A DNA stretch of 64,000 nt, from contig CAYYPV010000008.1 in NCBI GenBank assembly GCA_964473665.1, positions 607 through 64,606 of the forward strand, read 5' to 3'. The notes under the pieces are model-generated. The model saw only the letters and a program-made list of their open reading frames with translations. It was not told the DNA's origin and made no database searches. Positions 8,724-17,497 of this stretch are shown one piece after another (the first letter of the stretch is position 1; each line of letters opens with the position of its first letter). The DNA comes from an uncultured Candidatus Bathyarchaeia archaeon (GTDB lineage: Archaea > Thermoproteota > Bathyarchaeia > RBG-16-48-13 > CAYPFQ01). The translations under genes were made by a program, and so were the position numbers.

Positions 8724-9895
8724 TGTATGATGTCATAGTTGTCGGGGCTAGCCCTGCGGGTATAATGGCAACGTGGAAAGCTTCGTTATCCGGGGCAAGA
8801 GTTCTTCTTTTAGATAGAAAAACGCGTTTAGGGGTTGACCATCAACCTGCTGATACTACTTTTACGGGAATGTTTAAGCGAACTGGGCTGAATATTCGAG
8901 ATGAGTATTTGGTTCACAGAGTAAGAGGCATGCATATAGTATCTCCGGCGGGTTTTCGTTTCGCTATAAATAGTCCAGGTTTTGTTGTAGATAGGCAGGC
9001 GTTTGACCTCTATTATCTAGGTTTAGCTCATGATTCAGGTGCTGAAATTAAAGCGGGCGCCCTGGTAGTTGGGCTGGAAAATTCACTAGGAAAAAGGCGT
9101 GTTATTGTTAGGGAATTAGGTGAAAAGAAAATTTATGATGGAAAGATCATTGTTGGAGCAGACGGCATTGAATCTTATATTGCAAAGTGGGCTGGAATTA
9201 GACCTATGGTTCACCCTAATGAAATAGCGTCATCTGTTCAAGCGGAAATGATTGGGGTGGAAAATGAATATCCGGACTATTTCCAATACTTCTTAGGAAG
9301 TCAAGTAGCGCCTGGCTGGAAAGCTACTGTTTCGCCGAAGGGAGATTCTAAGGCTAGTGTGGGTGCATTTGTACGTAATGCACCTAGGCCTGCCATTTAT
9401 TATTTTAATAATTTTGTCTATAAAAATGGAAAAGAAAAATTTAGAGATGCAAAAATCTTGAAAATGCAGGCGGGAGGAGATCCTGTGGCTACAATACCTA
9501 ACCAAACTGTCGGCGATGGAGTAATGGTTGTTGGAGGCGCGGCTGGTCAAGCAGGATTGTCGTATGGAATGTTATGCGGTATTTTTTGCGGCGAAGTGGC
9601 TGCTGAATCAATTGAAGCTGATGACCAATCAAAGCCTTTTCTTTCCAAGTACCAGCAGAGATGGCGCAAGGAACTGTTAACGGAATATAGGTTAGGATAC
9701 TATATGCTTAAGGCGATTGAGAAAATGCGTGACGAGGATCTAGATAGTATTGTGAAAAGCCTTCAGGATACCGATGTTTCTGAGCGAATTCCTAGACATC
9801 AATCTCTATTTGGAAAGGGTATGTCTGGGGCGCTTTTAGTAATGCAGAAAGATCCCAGAATTCTTAATCTAGTAACACGTATATTGCCAGTTTAA
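8723..9895 (+). CDS. FAD-dependent geranylgeranyl reductase family oxidoreductase
   Basis: N-terminal YDVIVVGASPAGIMA Rossmann FAD motif and a GADGIES block. The gene is translationally coupled to the upstream ferredoxin, since the fd stop overlaps this start. Confidence 0.6.
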   Translation: MYDVIVVGASPAGIMATWKASLSGARVLLLDRKTRLGVDHQPADTTFTGMFKRTGLNIRDEYLVHRVRGMHIVSPAGFRFAINSPGFVVDRQAFDLYYLGLAHDSGAEIKAGALVVGLENSLGKRRVIVRELGEKKIYDGKIIVGADGIESYIAKWAGIRPMVHPNEIASSVQAEMIGVENEYPDYFQYFLGSQVAPGWKATVSPKGDSKASVGAFVRNAPRPAIYYFNNFVYKNGKEKFRDAKILKMQAGGDPVATIPNQTVGDGVMVVGGAAGQAGLSYGMLCGIFCGEVAAESIEADDQSKPFLSKYQQRWRKELLTEYRLGYYMLKAIEKMRDEDLDSIVKSLQDTDVSERIPRHQSLFGKGMSGALLVMQKDPRILNLVTRILPV

Positions 9896-11130
9896 TCATC
9901 GGATTCAAGCTTTGAAATAGGATAGGGTAAAATTACGCCCTCGGGTATTTTTTGGATATAGCTCTTTCTAAACTCGGAATTTTGCATAAGACAACTGGGC
10001 ACGTTAGTCGAAAAGATTTTATGTTTTCTTATGCGTTTCCATATTTTTTGCAGCGTTTCATCTCGAACGTTCCCAAATGTTAACGGAATATATGCGCACG
10101 GGGTTACGAAGCCATGTGGATTGACGTAAACCCATCTTTTTCCAGCTATGCAACCAAGTCCTGTTGGACCTTTCATACAAGAGGTCGTGGAAACTCTAGG
10201 TGTTCGCGAGTTTGGTGAACTGTAAGTTTTTTCTAGTTGAACTAACCGTTCTCTATCTTTCACAGTCAGAATGACATCTTCTCTCCTGAGCAATTTTCCC
10301 GTTGGAATGATATCTGCTACTGTAATTTCATGCACCCCAAGTTCCTCTGAGAAGTGTATTAAATCGTCAATGTCGCCGTTATTGAGGCGATCCGTAGTTG
10401 CGTACGTGGAGACCCCGACAAGGAGACCGGCGTTTAGGCATGCCTTGATGGTATTTACAGCTTTGCTGTGCGCTCCTTTTAGTTGAACTAGTCCGTCATG
10501 TATGTTTGAATCTCTGCTGTGGAGAACTATGAAGATAGCGTCTAACCCCGCATTCTTCAATTTTTTTGCAGTATCGTCCGTAAAGGTTGCTGCGGGAGTG
10601 AATAATACGCACCAGCATTCTTTGGATTTAACGTATTTTATGATGTCGAAAACATCTTTTCGTAAGATGGGGTCGCCTCCATAAATTGTGACGCTGAAAG
10701 CCCCCATTTGAACAACATCATCGATTATGGATTTCAGCTCTTTATTTGTAAGTTCATTAGCGTAGTCGTAGCTACCCATGTAGCCGCAGTAGATACAATC
10801 GCATGCACATGCACGCGTAACAGCTATTGTAGCTGCCCCTGGATTCCTTTGCTTTGTTAATTCAGATTTTATTTCACCCCACATAGCTCTGCTGAAAGTT
10901 TTACTTGGAATGGGTGGAAAGAAAAGTGAAAAAACAATGTAGTCTTTGTTTGCAAATGCTGGCTTTTCTTTACATACAAATTCTTTGAACAGGTTTAATG
11001 CTGGTTTAGCGAAGGGGGATAAGGGTCCTTCACTACAGACTTCGTTAACAACCCCGTTATTGACTTCAGCGCTGATCTTCAGACCGGGCTGCCGTAGCAA
11101 GGTTACCTTCAAATTAGTCCTTTCTCCCAT
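9892..11130 (-). CDS. Radical SAM protein with C-terminal twitch/SPASM-like Cys domain (paralog A)
   Basis: CACDCIYCGY (CxxxCxxC) lies at residues 108-115. The C-terminal GCIAGKRW...TPC...SC auxiliary-cluster region follows. An N-terminal domain of about 100 aa is shared with paralogs B and C, with motifs GPLSPF and FFPPIPSKTFSR. Confidence 0.7.
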   Translation of the reverse strand: MGERTNLKVTLLRQPGLKISAEVNNGVVNEVCSEGPLSPFAKPALNLFKEFVCKEKPAFANKDYIVFSLFFPPIPSKTFSRAMWGEIKSELTKQRNPGAATIAVTRACACDCIYCGYMGSYDYANELTNKELKSIIDDVVQMGAFSVTIYGGDPILRKDVFDIIKYVKSKECWCVLFTPAATFTDDTAKKLKNAGLDAIFIVLHSRDSNIHDGLVQLKGAHSKAVNTIKACLNAGLLVGVSTYATTDRLNNGDIDDLIHFSEELGVHEITVADIIPTGKLLRREDVILTVKDRERLVQLEKTYSSPNSRTPRVSTTSCMKGPTGLGCIAGKRWVYVNPHGFVTPCAYIPLTFGNVRDETLQKIWKRIRKHKIFSTNVPSCLMQNSEFRKSYIQKIPEGVILPYPISKLESDD

Positions 11131-12433
11131 CTAGTTTGCTTATTGGATAAGGTAAATTTTTTTCATTGATACTGTCTTGAATCTTCTTAAAGTAATGTTG
11201 CTTGTAGTAAGGATCAGCCCATGCGCAGTTTTTTGGTGCTTTTTTAAATAGAGGATGCTTCCTCATCGCCTTCCAGATATCCTTCATGCTTTGATTGCGT
11301 GTATTCCCAAATGAAATGGGGACATGAAAGCAAGGCATAACTTCACCTGTGGGGGATAGCCACATCCATTTTCGACCTGCAAAACACCCAATAATTTTGG
11401 GATCGCGGAGAATGAGGGAGCCGCACACTCTGGATCCTTCCAGTTCGTTAGCTTCGTTTTGGAATTTTACTAATCGTGCCCGATCTTCTTCTTTCAATAC
11501 GTCATTTTCACGATACGCCCATCTACCTGCTGGAACAACTTCGTCGATTAAAATCTCTTGCACCCCTATAGAGCTACAATATTGATAAAGATCATTCAGC
11601 GCTTTAATATCTGAATTTCCTGGAGCGGCGGTATATTCTATTATTACGACCAATCCCTCTTCCACCGCATACTTAACGTCTGATGCAACTTTTTCAAAAA
11701 TCCCGTTAATTCCTCTGAACTTGTCGTGAATATTGGGGTATGGGCTGTCAAGGCTTAGATGGAGATAATCAAGCCCTGCCTCCTTCAACTTTTTCACGTA
11801 TGCTTGAGTTAAAAGAAAGCCGTTGGTTATCAGATGACTGGTGGCTTTATTTTTATCGATATGTGAGATCAAATCAAAGATATCTTTCCGAAGTGTAGGT
11901 TCGCCTCCTTCAAAGCTTACGTTGTAGGTTCCCAGTTCAATTGATTGGTCTATAGCATTACAGAGCTCTTCCGTTGATAATTCTGGATCACCTCTTATGC
12001 CGAACGCTATACAATGTTGGCAGGTGCATTGGCATTTGCTTGTAGTCAATATCATTAGACTTTCAGGTGTGTATTTGCCGAAGAGGCGATTGTTTATTTG
12101 GGCTTTAATAAGTCGGTTGAAGGGTCCGCTAGGAGCAGGAGGTATTAAACTGGATATGACAACATCATTTCCGCGGACGGCGGTCACTTTCTCCAACGAC
12201 GCATACGTGTTAAATCCTTCACATATGGGCCTTGCCAGTCTGGAAAGTGGACCTTGAGCAGTTACGTGCGCCTTTTTGCCTTCAAGTTCGAGGAAAAGCT
12301 CAAAGCCTAACCCTTTGTAGATGAAATGTTTCACAATGGACTCCACTATGTTTTGTAAAAAAATAAGATTAATAACAAAAAGCTTTCTATGGATTAAGCT
12401 GTGCGCGCTATGATAGATTATCAAGTGTATCAT
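11114..12433 (-). CDS. Radical SAM protein with twitch/SPASM-like domain (paralog B)
   Basis: CQCTCQHC radical SAM motif. C-terminal GCFAGRKW...MPC...NC region. N-terminal domain motifs GPLSRL and LIPPAPSGPFNR. The first 29-33 aa of the ORF-track model overlap the divergent neighbour. A GTG at 12346 or 12334 is a more plausible start. Confidence 0.7.
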   Translation of the reverse strand: MIHLIIYHSAHSLIHRKLFVINLIFLQNIVESIVKHFIYKGLGFELFLELEGKKAHVTAQGPLSRLARPICEGFNTYASLEKVTAVRGNDVVISSLIPPAPSGPFNRLIKAQINNRLFGKYTPESLMILTTSKCQCTCQHCIAFGIRGDPELSTEELCNAIDQSIELGTYNVSFEGGEPTLRKDIFDLISHIDKNKATSHLITNGFLLTQAYVKKLKEAGLDYLHLSLDSPYPNIHDKFRGINGIFEKVASDVKYAVEEGLVVIIEYTAAPGNSDIKALNDLYQYCSSIGVQEILIDEVVPAGRWAYRENDVLKEEDRARLVKFQNEANELEGSRVCGSLILRDPKIIGCFAGRKWMWLSPTGEVMPCFHVPISFGNTRNQSMKDIWKAMRKHPLFKKAPKNCAWADPYYKQHYFKKIQDSINEKNLPYPISKLDGRKD

Positions 12434-13609
12434 CGGAGAGGGCTTTCAGTAAATATTGAGGGCGATGAAAAAAAATTAAGACTAAGAGCTCACGGTCCTC
12501 TCGCAGTTTTTACCAGTCCAATCCTAAATAAAATAAACAGGATGCTTGAAAGTGAAAAGCCGATAGCTGTCAAAAAAGATGCAGTCATATTTTCAACTTG
12601 GTTACCGCCAATTCCAAGCGGATCCTTTAAAAGGTTAATAGATGCGGAGATCGATATCGCTCTGCACCATAAATACGTGCCTCAAGCTGTGTCTCTTAAC
12701 GCTTTCAAGCAATGTAGTTACAGTTGCGAGAACTGCAATATGGTGAGATCTCCCGGACCTGAACTTTCAACTGAGGAATTAAAGGGGTTCATCGATCAGG
12801 TGGTAGATCTCGGCGCAGTCACGATAGGTTTTTCGGAGGGAGATCCGCTTACACGCGAAGACATAGTGGATTTGGTTAGATATGTTGATAAGAATAAGGC
12901 AATTGCCAGCATATTCACTCCTGGTGCAATGTTGACTGAGTCGCAGGCTGAGAATTTAAAGAGGGCGGGACTTTACGCCGTGATCATAGGTTTCTGCAGT
13001 CCTATTCCAGATGAGCATGATGCGGCTAGAGGGGTAAAGGGAGCTTTTTCAATGGCGACGAAATCCATAAAAAATGCATTAGATGCAGGGTTATATGTCT
13101 CGATTCATACGCATGCAAATCCACGTATGATTGCAGAGAAAAAGCTCGACGGCCTCTACGACCTTGCATCTCAGCTGAATGTCCATGAGTTTACAATATG
13201 GGAAGCAATTCCTTCATGGGGTTACCGCGATAAGGATGATTTAATGCTGAACAAAGCGCAGAGAGATTACATTCTAGAAATGCGTAGAAAATTGAATAAA
13301 ATGCCGGCTGGCCCGAGAATATTTTCTATGAGCTTCTTTGAGGGACCTGACTTTTTAGGATGTATGGCTGGTAGGCGGTGGCTGAATTTGGTGGATTCGG
13401 GAGACTTAACGCCGTGCATTTATACGCCTATATCTTTTGGAAATATAAAAAATGAGAAAGTTGCAGATATATGGAAAAAAATGCGTGAGAACCCATTGTA
13501 CAGACGTAGTGAAAAATCATGCATGATGCTAAATCCCGAATTTAGATCCAAGTTTATCAAAAAAATACCTTATAACGCTAAGCTTCCAGTTCCTCTAGAA
13601 ACTTTATGA
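12401..13609 (+). CDS. Radical SAM protein with twitch/SPASM-like domain (paralog C)
   Basis: CSYSCENC radical SAM motif. C-terminal GCMAGRRW...TPC...SC region. N-terminal motifs GPLAVF and WLPPIPSGSFKR. An alternative start ATG at 12410 (MIDYQVY) avoids overlap with paralog B. Confidence 0.7.
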   Translation: MRAMIDYQVYHRRGLSVNIEGDEKKLRLRAHGPLAVFTSPILNKINRMLESEKPIAVKKDAVIFSTWLPPIPSGSFKRLIDAEIDIALHHKYVPQAVSLNAFKQCSYSCENCNMVRSPGPELSTEELKGFIDQVVDLGAVTIGFSEGDPLTREDIVDLVRYVDKNKAIASIFTPGAMLTESQAENLKRAGLYAVIIGFCSPIPDEHDAARGVKGAFSMATKSIKNALDAGLYVSIHTHANPRMIAEKKLDGLYDLASQLNVHEFTIWEAIPSWGYRDKDDLMLNKAQRDYILEMRRKLNKMPAGPRIFSMSFFEGPDFLGCMAGRRWLNLVDSGDLTPCIYTPISFGNIKNEKVADIWKKMRENPLYRRSEKSCMMLNPEFRSKFIKKIPYNAKLPVPLETL

Positions 13610-13677
13610 TTTCTTGTAGCCTATTCTTAGTTATAAAAAATTTTTACATGGTTGTTTAATTTCAGGAATTATTAATT

Positions 13678-14676
13678 CTATAATTTTGGGATAGCCATCA
13701 GTATATTGTATGCTGCAGCCGCATTGATTATAACAAGCATGATTGTGTAGTTGATTACGCCTATATATGCGAATTTTATGTGAGCTATTTGCTCACTTGA
13801 ATGGTTATAGGCATTTATCGTTGCACGGATCTTGAAGAGACCGATTATAAAATACAATGCTAGGAAAAACCACGGTAGTGCGAAGACGTACCAAACTACT
13901 ATGAGCCAAAGATATTCAGCTATGCTCATGGTGAATGTAAATAGTATGGTTTGTTTGGATGTTAAGGGGTTAAAACGCATAGAGTCTTTATCGTGGTAAG
14001 CTAAACAACCGATTATACTTGCAAGGTATATGACAGCTGCTTGCCATGAAAGTATTTTCCCGGGTGCTACGACAGCTATTCCGCCAGCTACTATTAGCCC
14101 GCTTAGGGATCGGTATATTCGTCTTTGGAGTTCTGTAATTTTTTTAAAAGGTGGACTGGCAGAGTAAGTAAATCCCCAGACAAGCATCAGTAGAGCCACA
14201 GCGAAACATGTGAAATTGAATACGAAATTTGCAACATATAGGCAAAGCACTGTCTCAATAACAATAAAAGAAATAACAAGTTTAGGTGACAGCAGTCCAG
14301 TTACAAGCGGTAATGTTGAATTTGGCGGACCTAACCTTTCATCTTCACCTGTCCACCAATCATATAGCATATCGGCCTGTGAGATGACCCTGGTCAGCAG
14401 TCCTGCCACAAATATGCCTAATATTAGCTTCCATAAAGGAAGAATAGGCACTCCGATGCTCATAAACAAAAGTGCACCAGCACTAGCAGTTAATGCACCC
14501 CATGGCAACCATAGTATTCTATGTACGCAGAAAATCGCTTGAATTTTAGCCTTAAGATCTTTACCAGTAGGCCCAGCTACGCCGAACCCGATATCCCATA
14601 TAGTAGGGTTAAACTGATGAATTAGCCGGTCAGCCTTATCGCTATTCTTCGCCATATTCACATTTCTCACAAACAT
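13678..14676 (-). CDS. Polytopic membrane protein, divergent UbiA-prenyltransferase-like
   Basis: At least eight hydrophobic segments. An Asp-rich loop, ADMLYDWWTGEDERLGPPNSTLPLVTG, resembles the UbiA NDxxDxxxD...RPL..G motif. A second HDKDS motif is present. The assignment is tentative. Confidence 0.35.
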   Translation of the reverse strand: MFVRNVNMAKNSDKADRLIHQFNPTIWDIGFGVAGPTGKDLKAKIQAIFCVHRILWLPWGALTASAGALLFMSIGVPILPLWKLILGIFVAGLLTRVISQADMLYDWWTGEDERLGPPNSTLPLVTGLLSPKLVISFIVIETVLCLYVANFVFNFTCFAVALLMLVWGFTYSASPPFKKITELQRRIYRSLSGLIVAGGIAVVAPGKILSWQAAVIYLASIIGCLAYHDKDSMRFNPLTSKQTILFTFTMSIAEYLWLIVVWYVFALPWFFLALYFIIGLFKIRATINAYNHSSEQIAHIKFAYIGVINYTIMLVIINAAAAYNILMAIPKL

Positions 14677-14811
14677 TAAACTTATCGACTTTACTGTTAA
14701 TCAATACCTCGCATAGAATATACTGCAATTTAGCAGCACTTCTCTATTCCTCGTAACCATTTTTGTAAAGTCTGTATGCTCTACCTTTTCCTGGGTCAAG
14801 GACGTTTATTC

Positions 14812-15309
14812 CTAGTAAACGTATGGAATGAGCTTTTTACTATGTTGCATATAGTCCTGATATTCTTTTCCGAATTTCGCGATGAGTACGCGTTCCTCGA
14901 TTTTTATTCTGTAAAGAATAATGGGTATTATGAAGATTGTTATTAGAAGGCCGTATAAGCTGTGAAAGAATATGGGAACAAGAAAATAGCCTAATATAAC
15001 CCCAAAGTAAATGGGGTGCCGGACATTTTTGTAAATGCCGTATGTGATCAACTTGTGTTTTGGCAATGTTCTTACCATTAGCGACCACTGTTTACCCAGA
15101 GTACGTTTAGCTTGTATGCCGATAGCAACTCCTATTGTGCCAAGTGTTAGTCCAGCGAAACTTACAATATCAAAGCGGTAAATCATTCTTTGAACAAAAG
15201 TGAAGTCTAAGACACTTATGGCTAAGGCGGAAAACCAAATTATTCCTCCGAGGAGGAGTTCTATGTCTAATTGCCTTTTTTTTTTGCATGTCTTAAATAG
15301 CGCCTTCAT
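14812..15309 (-). CDS. Isoprenylcysteine carboxyl methyltransferase / phospholipid methyltransferase family membrane protein
   Basis: Conserved NVRHPIYFGVILGYFL motif (RHPxY...G) typical of the ICMT/PEMT family. Four to five TM helices, 165 aa. Confidence 0.7.
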   Translation of the reverse strand: MKALFKTCKKKRQLDIELLLGGIIWFSALAISVLDFTFVQRMIYRFDIVSFAGLTLGTIGVAIGIQAKRTLGKQWSLMVRTLPKHKLITYGIYKNVRHPIYFGVILGYFLVPIFFHSLYGLLITIFIIPIILYRIKIEERVLIAKFGKEYQDYMQHSKKLIPYVY

Positions 15310-15483
15310 ATTTTGGCTATACCTCTTCAGGCATTTTCTTTTACACCTGATTATATCGTTTTAGGCGTTTAGACTAATCTTGAATCTTCGCTAACAAATC
15401 CTTCCTTTTTGCCTGAAACTCTTCTTAGGTTATTCGACCGACGCCTAAAGGTTCGTTCTGCCAGGTATTCGTCAGGCTACTCG

Positions 15484-16362
15484 CTATTTGCGTAAAGATA
15501 GTGCCTTCTTCAACAGAGTGAAGTTGTAAAAATCTTCTGGAACTTTTTTTATGTAACCCAACTCCACCATAAGGTTAGTGACCTGCGTCATTGCTTTTAC
15601 GCTTTCAGATATGTCGATATGAGGGCGATTATAGTTCAAAGCTTCTCTAATGGTTTCAGCGGAAATTCCTATGTAGTTGGAACTGATCTCTGCAGCTTCA
15701 TCAGGATTAGTGCTGCAAAATTTCTCAGCTTTTATACATGCGTTTATGAATTTTAAGGCTAAATCGGAGTGGTTTCGGAGATAATCATCTGTTACGGTTA
15801 TACTACAACCGGGTGTTTTCGGAAAAATATCTTTTCCTCTTACTAGAATCTTTGCCACCCCCAGCTTAACCATCATCGTGGCATAAGGCTCGACATTAGT
15901 TGTTGAATCAACAGCTCCACTTATCAGAGCGAGAATAGCCGCATCCCCGCTTGGAAACCTAAGTATCTTTGTATTCCTAGATGTTATATTGTATTTTTTG
16001 AAAAAAGCTTGAGAGGTTAAATCTTTCATTCCACCTTCATTGGGCAATCCAATTCTTTTTCCTTTAAGTTCATAAAAATCGTTTACATTCGCATCATTGC
16101 GAACTACTGTAACTGGTTCTTCATAACCTGAACCAGCGATAACTACCATCGGATCTCCATTGGCTCTTCCGCTTACAACTCGTGTCCAAGGCATAACTGC
16201 AAACGAAATTTCGCCGGAGATCAATTTATTCGGCAGCATCCAAGCTGTCGGTTCAACTGTTAAAGAAATGTTTAGATTTTGCTCTTTGAAAAATCCCTTT
16301 TCGTACGCTATGTATGTAGGCATTTGACATACGCCTCTTATAACTCCAACTCCGATGGACAA
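15484..16362 (-). CDS. NMT1/THI5-like (substrate-binding-protein fold) protein, apparently cytoplasmic
   Basis: YEKGFFKEQNLNISL and GLPNEGGMKD blocks are typical of NitT/TauT-type SBP and NMT1 domains. No signal peptide or lipobox is present. The start is TTG with a GGAGGT RBS 8 nt upstream. Confidence 0.5.
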   Translation of the reverse strand: MSIGVGVIRGVCQMPTYIAYEKGFFKEQNLNISLTVEPTAWMLPNKLISGEISFAVMPWTRVVSGRANGDPMVVIAGSGYEEPVTVVRNDANVNDFYELKGKRIGLPNEGGMKDLTSQAFFKKYNITSRNTKILRFPSGDAAILALISGAVDSTTNVEPYATMMVKLGVAKILVRGKDIFPKTPGCSITVTDDYLRNHSDLALKFINACIKAEKFCSTNPDEAAEISSNYIGISAETIREALNYNRPHIDISESVKAMTQVTNLMVELGYIKKVPEDFYNFTLLKKALSLRK

Positions 16363-16468
16363 TGCATTACCTCCAATTTTCTAGCGAATAACATCAAGAT
16401 TTGTCAGAATGTCATTTAAAAGTATATATTTAAGAATGCAAACCTTACGAAAAAATAGGTAAGAGCAA

Positions 16469-17386
16469 ATGTCAGTTTCACTACGTGACATACTTTACGG
16501 ATTTGCAGCACCGAAAGAGCGCACATTAAAGAATAGAATTTTAGGTTTCGTCACACTTCAAAAACCAGCAGTAACAGCTATGGGCGTACCATTCGCGTTG
16601 GCCGGCGCAGTATTAGCAGAGAGGCAATTAGGGATAACTTGGCGACTAATAATCTCTCAAAAACTTATGTCATTTATTTTAGGATTACTCGCGGTCTGGT
16701 TGCTAATTAGTGCTACGCTTACCATTAACAGTATAATCGATGTTGAAAGAGATAAGAAAAAGTACACTATGCGCCCTATAGCAACGGGGCTGATTAAAAG
16801 ATGGGAGGCCACTGTGTATGCGTTAGTCATGGCTGTCGTTGCCTTGATTATAACGTATTTAACTTTCAATTGGGCAGCTGCAGCTATAGGATTTCTTGCT
16901 TTAGTGCTGGGAACAGTTTATGCTGCCTATACACGCGACAAAATCGGTTATTTAACTATGGTTTTTATTCCAGCACTTATGCCGATTGGGGGCTGGGCAG
17001 CGATATCAATTGGAACTTTATTAACGCCTTTACCTTGGTTGCTTTTTCTCTGTCTTATTTTCCATCAAACTGCGCATGGCATTGCTGCTCAGGCACATTA
17101 CCCGTATGTTAAGGCTTTCTTTGTAAGACCTCGACCAAACATAGAAGCGATGATGTACCGTCTTTGCTTTGTGATTGAACCCTTCATAGTACTTTTGATG
17201 TATTACTACGTAACCATAAATTTGCTATTTTTAGTGATAGTATTATTTTTAACAATCTATGGTCTACATTCAGCCTCATACCTGAAAGAGCCCAGAACTT
17301 TTGAGAAAGGCGCAAAAGCACGTGTGGCTATCGGTAATTACGGTATCATCTTCTTTTTGTCATTAAGTATTCTAGCTGGAATTTAA
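16469..17386 (+). CDS. UbiA family prenyltransferase (DGGGP-synthase-like)
   Basis: NSIIDVERDKKKYTMRPIATG matches the UbiA NxxxDxxxD...RP..G first Asp-rich motif. About 8 TM helices, 305 aa. Confidence 0.75.
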   Translation: MSVSLRDILYGFAAPKERTLKNRILGFVTLQKPAVTAMGVPFALAGAVLAERQLGITWRLIISQKLMSFILGLLAVWLLISATLTINSIIDVERDKKKYTMRPIATGLIKRWEATVYALVMAVVALIITYLTFNWAAAAIGFLALVLGTVYAAYTRDKIGYLTMVFIPALMPIGGWAAISIGTLLTPLPWLLFLCLIFHQTAHGIAAQAHYPYVKAFFVRPRPNIEAMMYRLCFVIEPFIVLLMYYYVTINLLFLVIVLFLTIYGLHSASYLKEPRTFEKGAKARVAIGNYGIIFFLSLSILAGI

Positions 17387-17497
17387 AGAGGAAAATATTT
17401 TTTTCTTATTAATGGTAATGCTTAGAAAGGTTTGAATATACTAAAAATATTCTCACCTATTGTTGATTGTGCGACAATAAATGATAAGTGATTAAGA

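Noticed and set aside
12401-12433. Apparent 33-nt overlap of the divergent starts of radical SAM paralogs B and C
   Set aside because: Head-to-head coding overlap is implausible. Later starts (GTG 12346 or 12334 for B, ATG 12410 for C) give a sensible intergenic promoter region.
9892-13609. RiPP precursor peptide genes near the radical SAM/SPASM-like enzymes
   Set aside because: I scanned the flanks and the short B/C divergent region. I found no small Cys/Gly-rich ORF with an RBS. The surrounding genes are lipid or prenyl enzymes, not RiPP transporters or proteases.
15484-16362. NMT1-fold protein as MqnA/MqnD of a futalosine menaquinone pathway
   Set aside because: Sequence blocks (YEKGFFKEQNL) look like NitT/TauT-type SBP or NMT1 rather than the MqnA/D family. 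The neighbouring radical SAMs lack MqnC/MqnE-type architecture.
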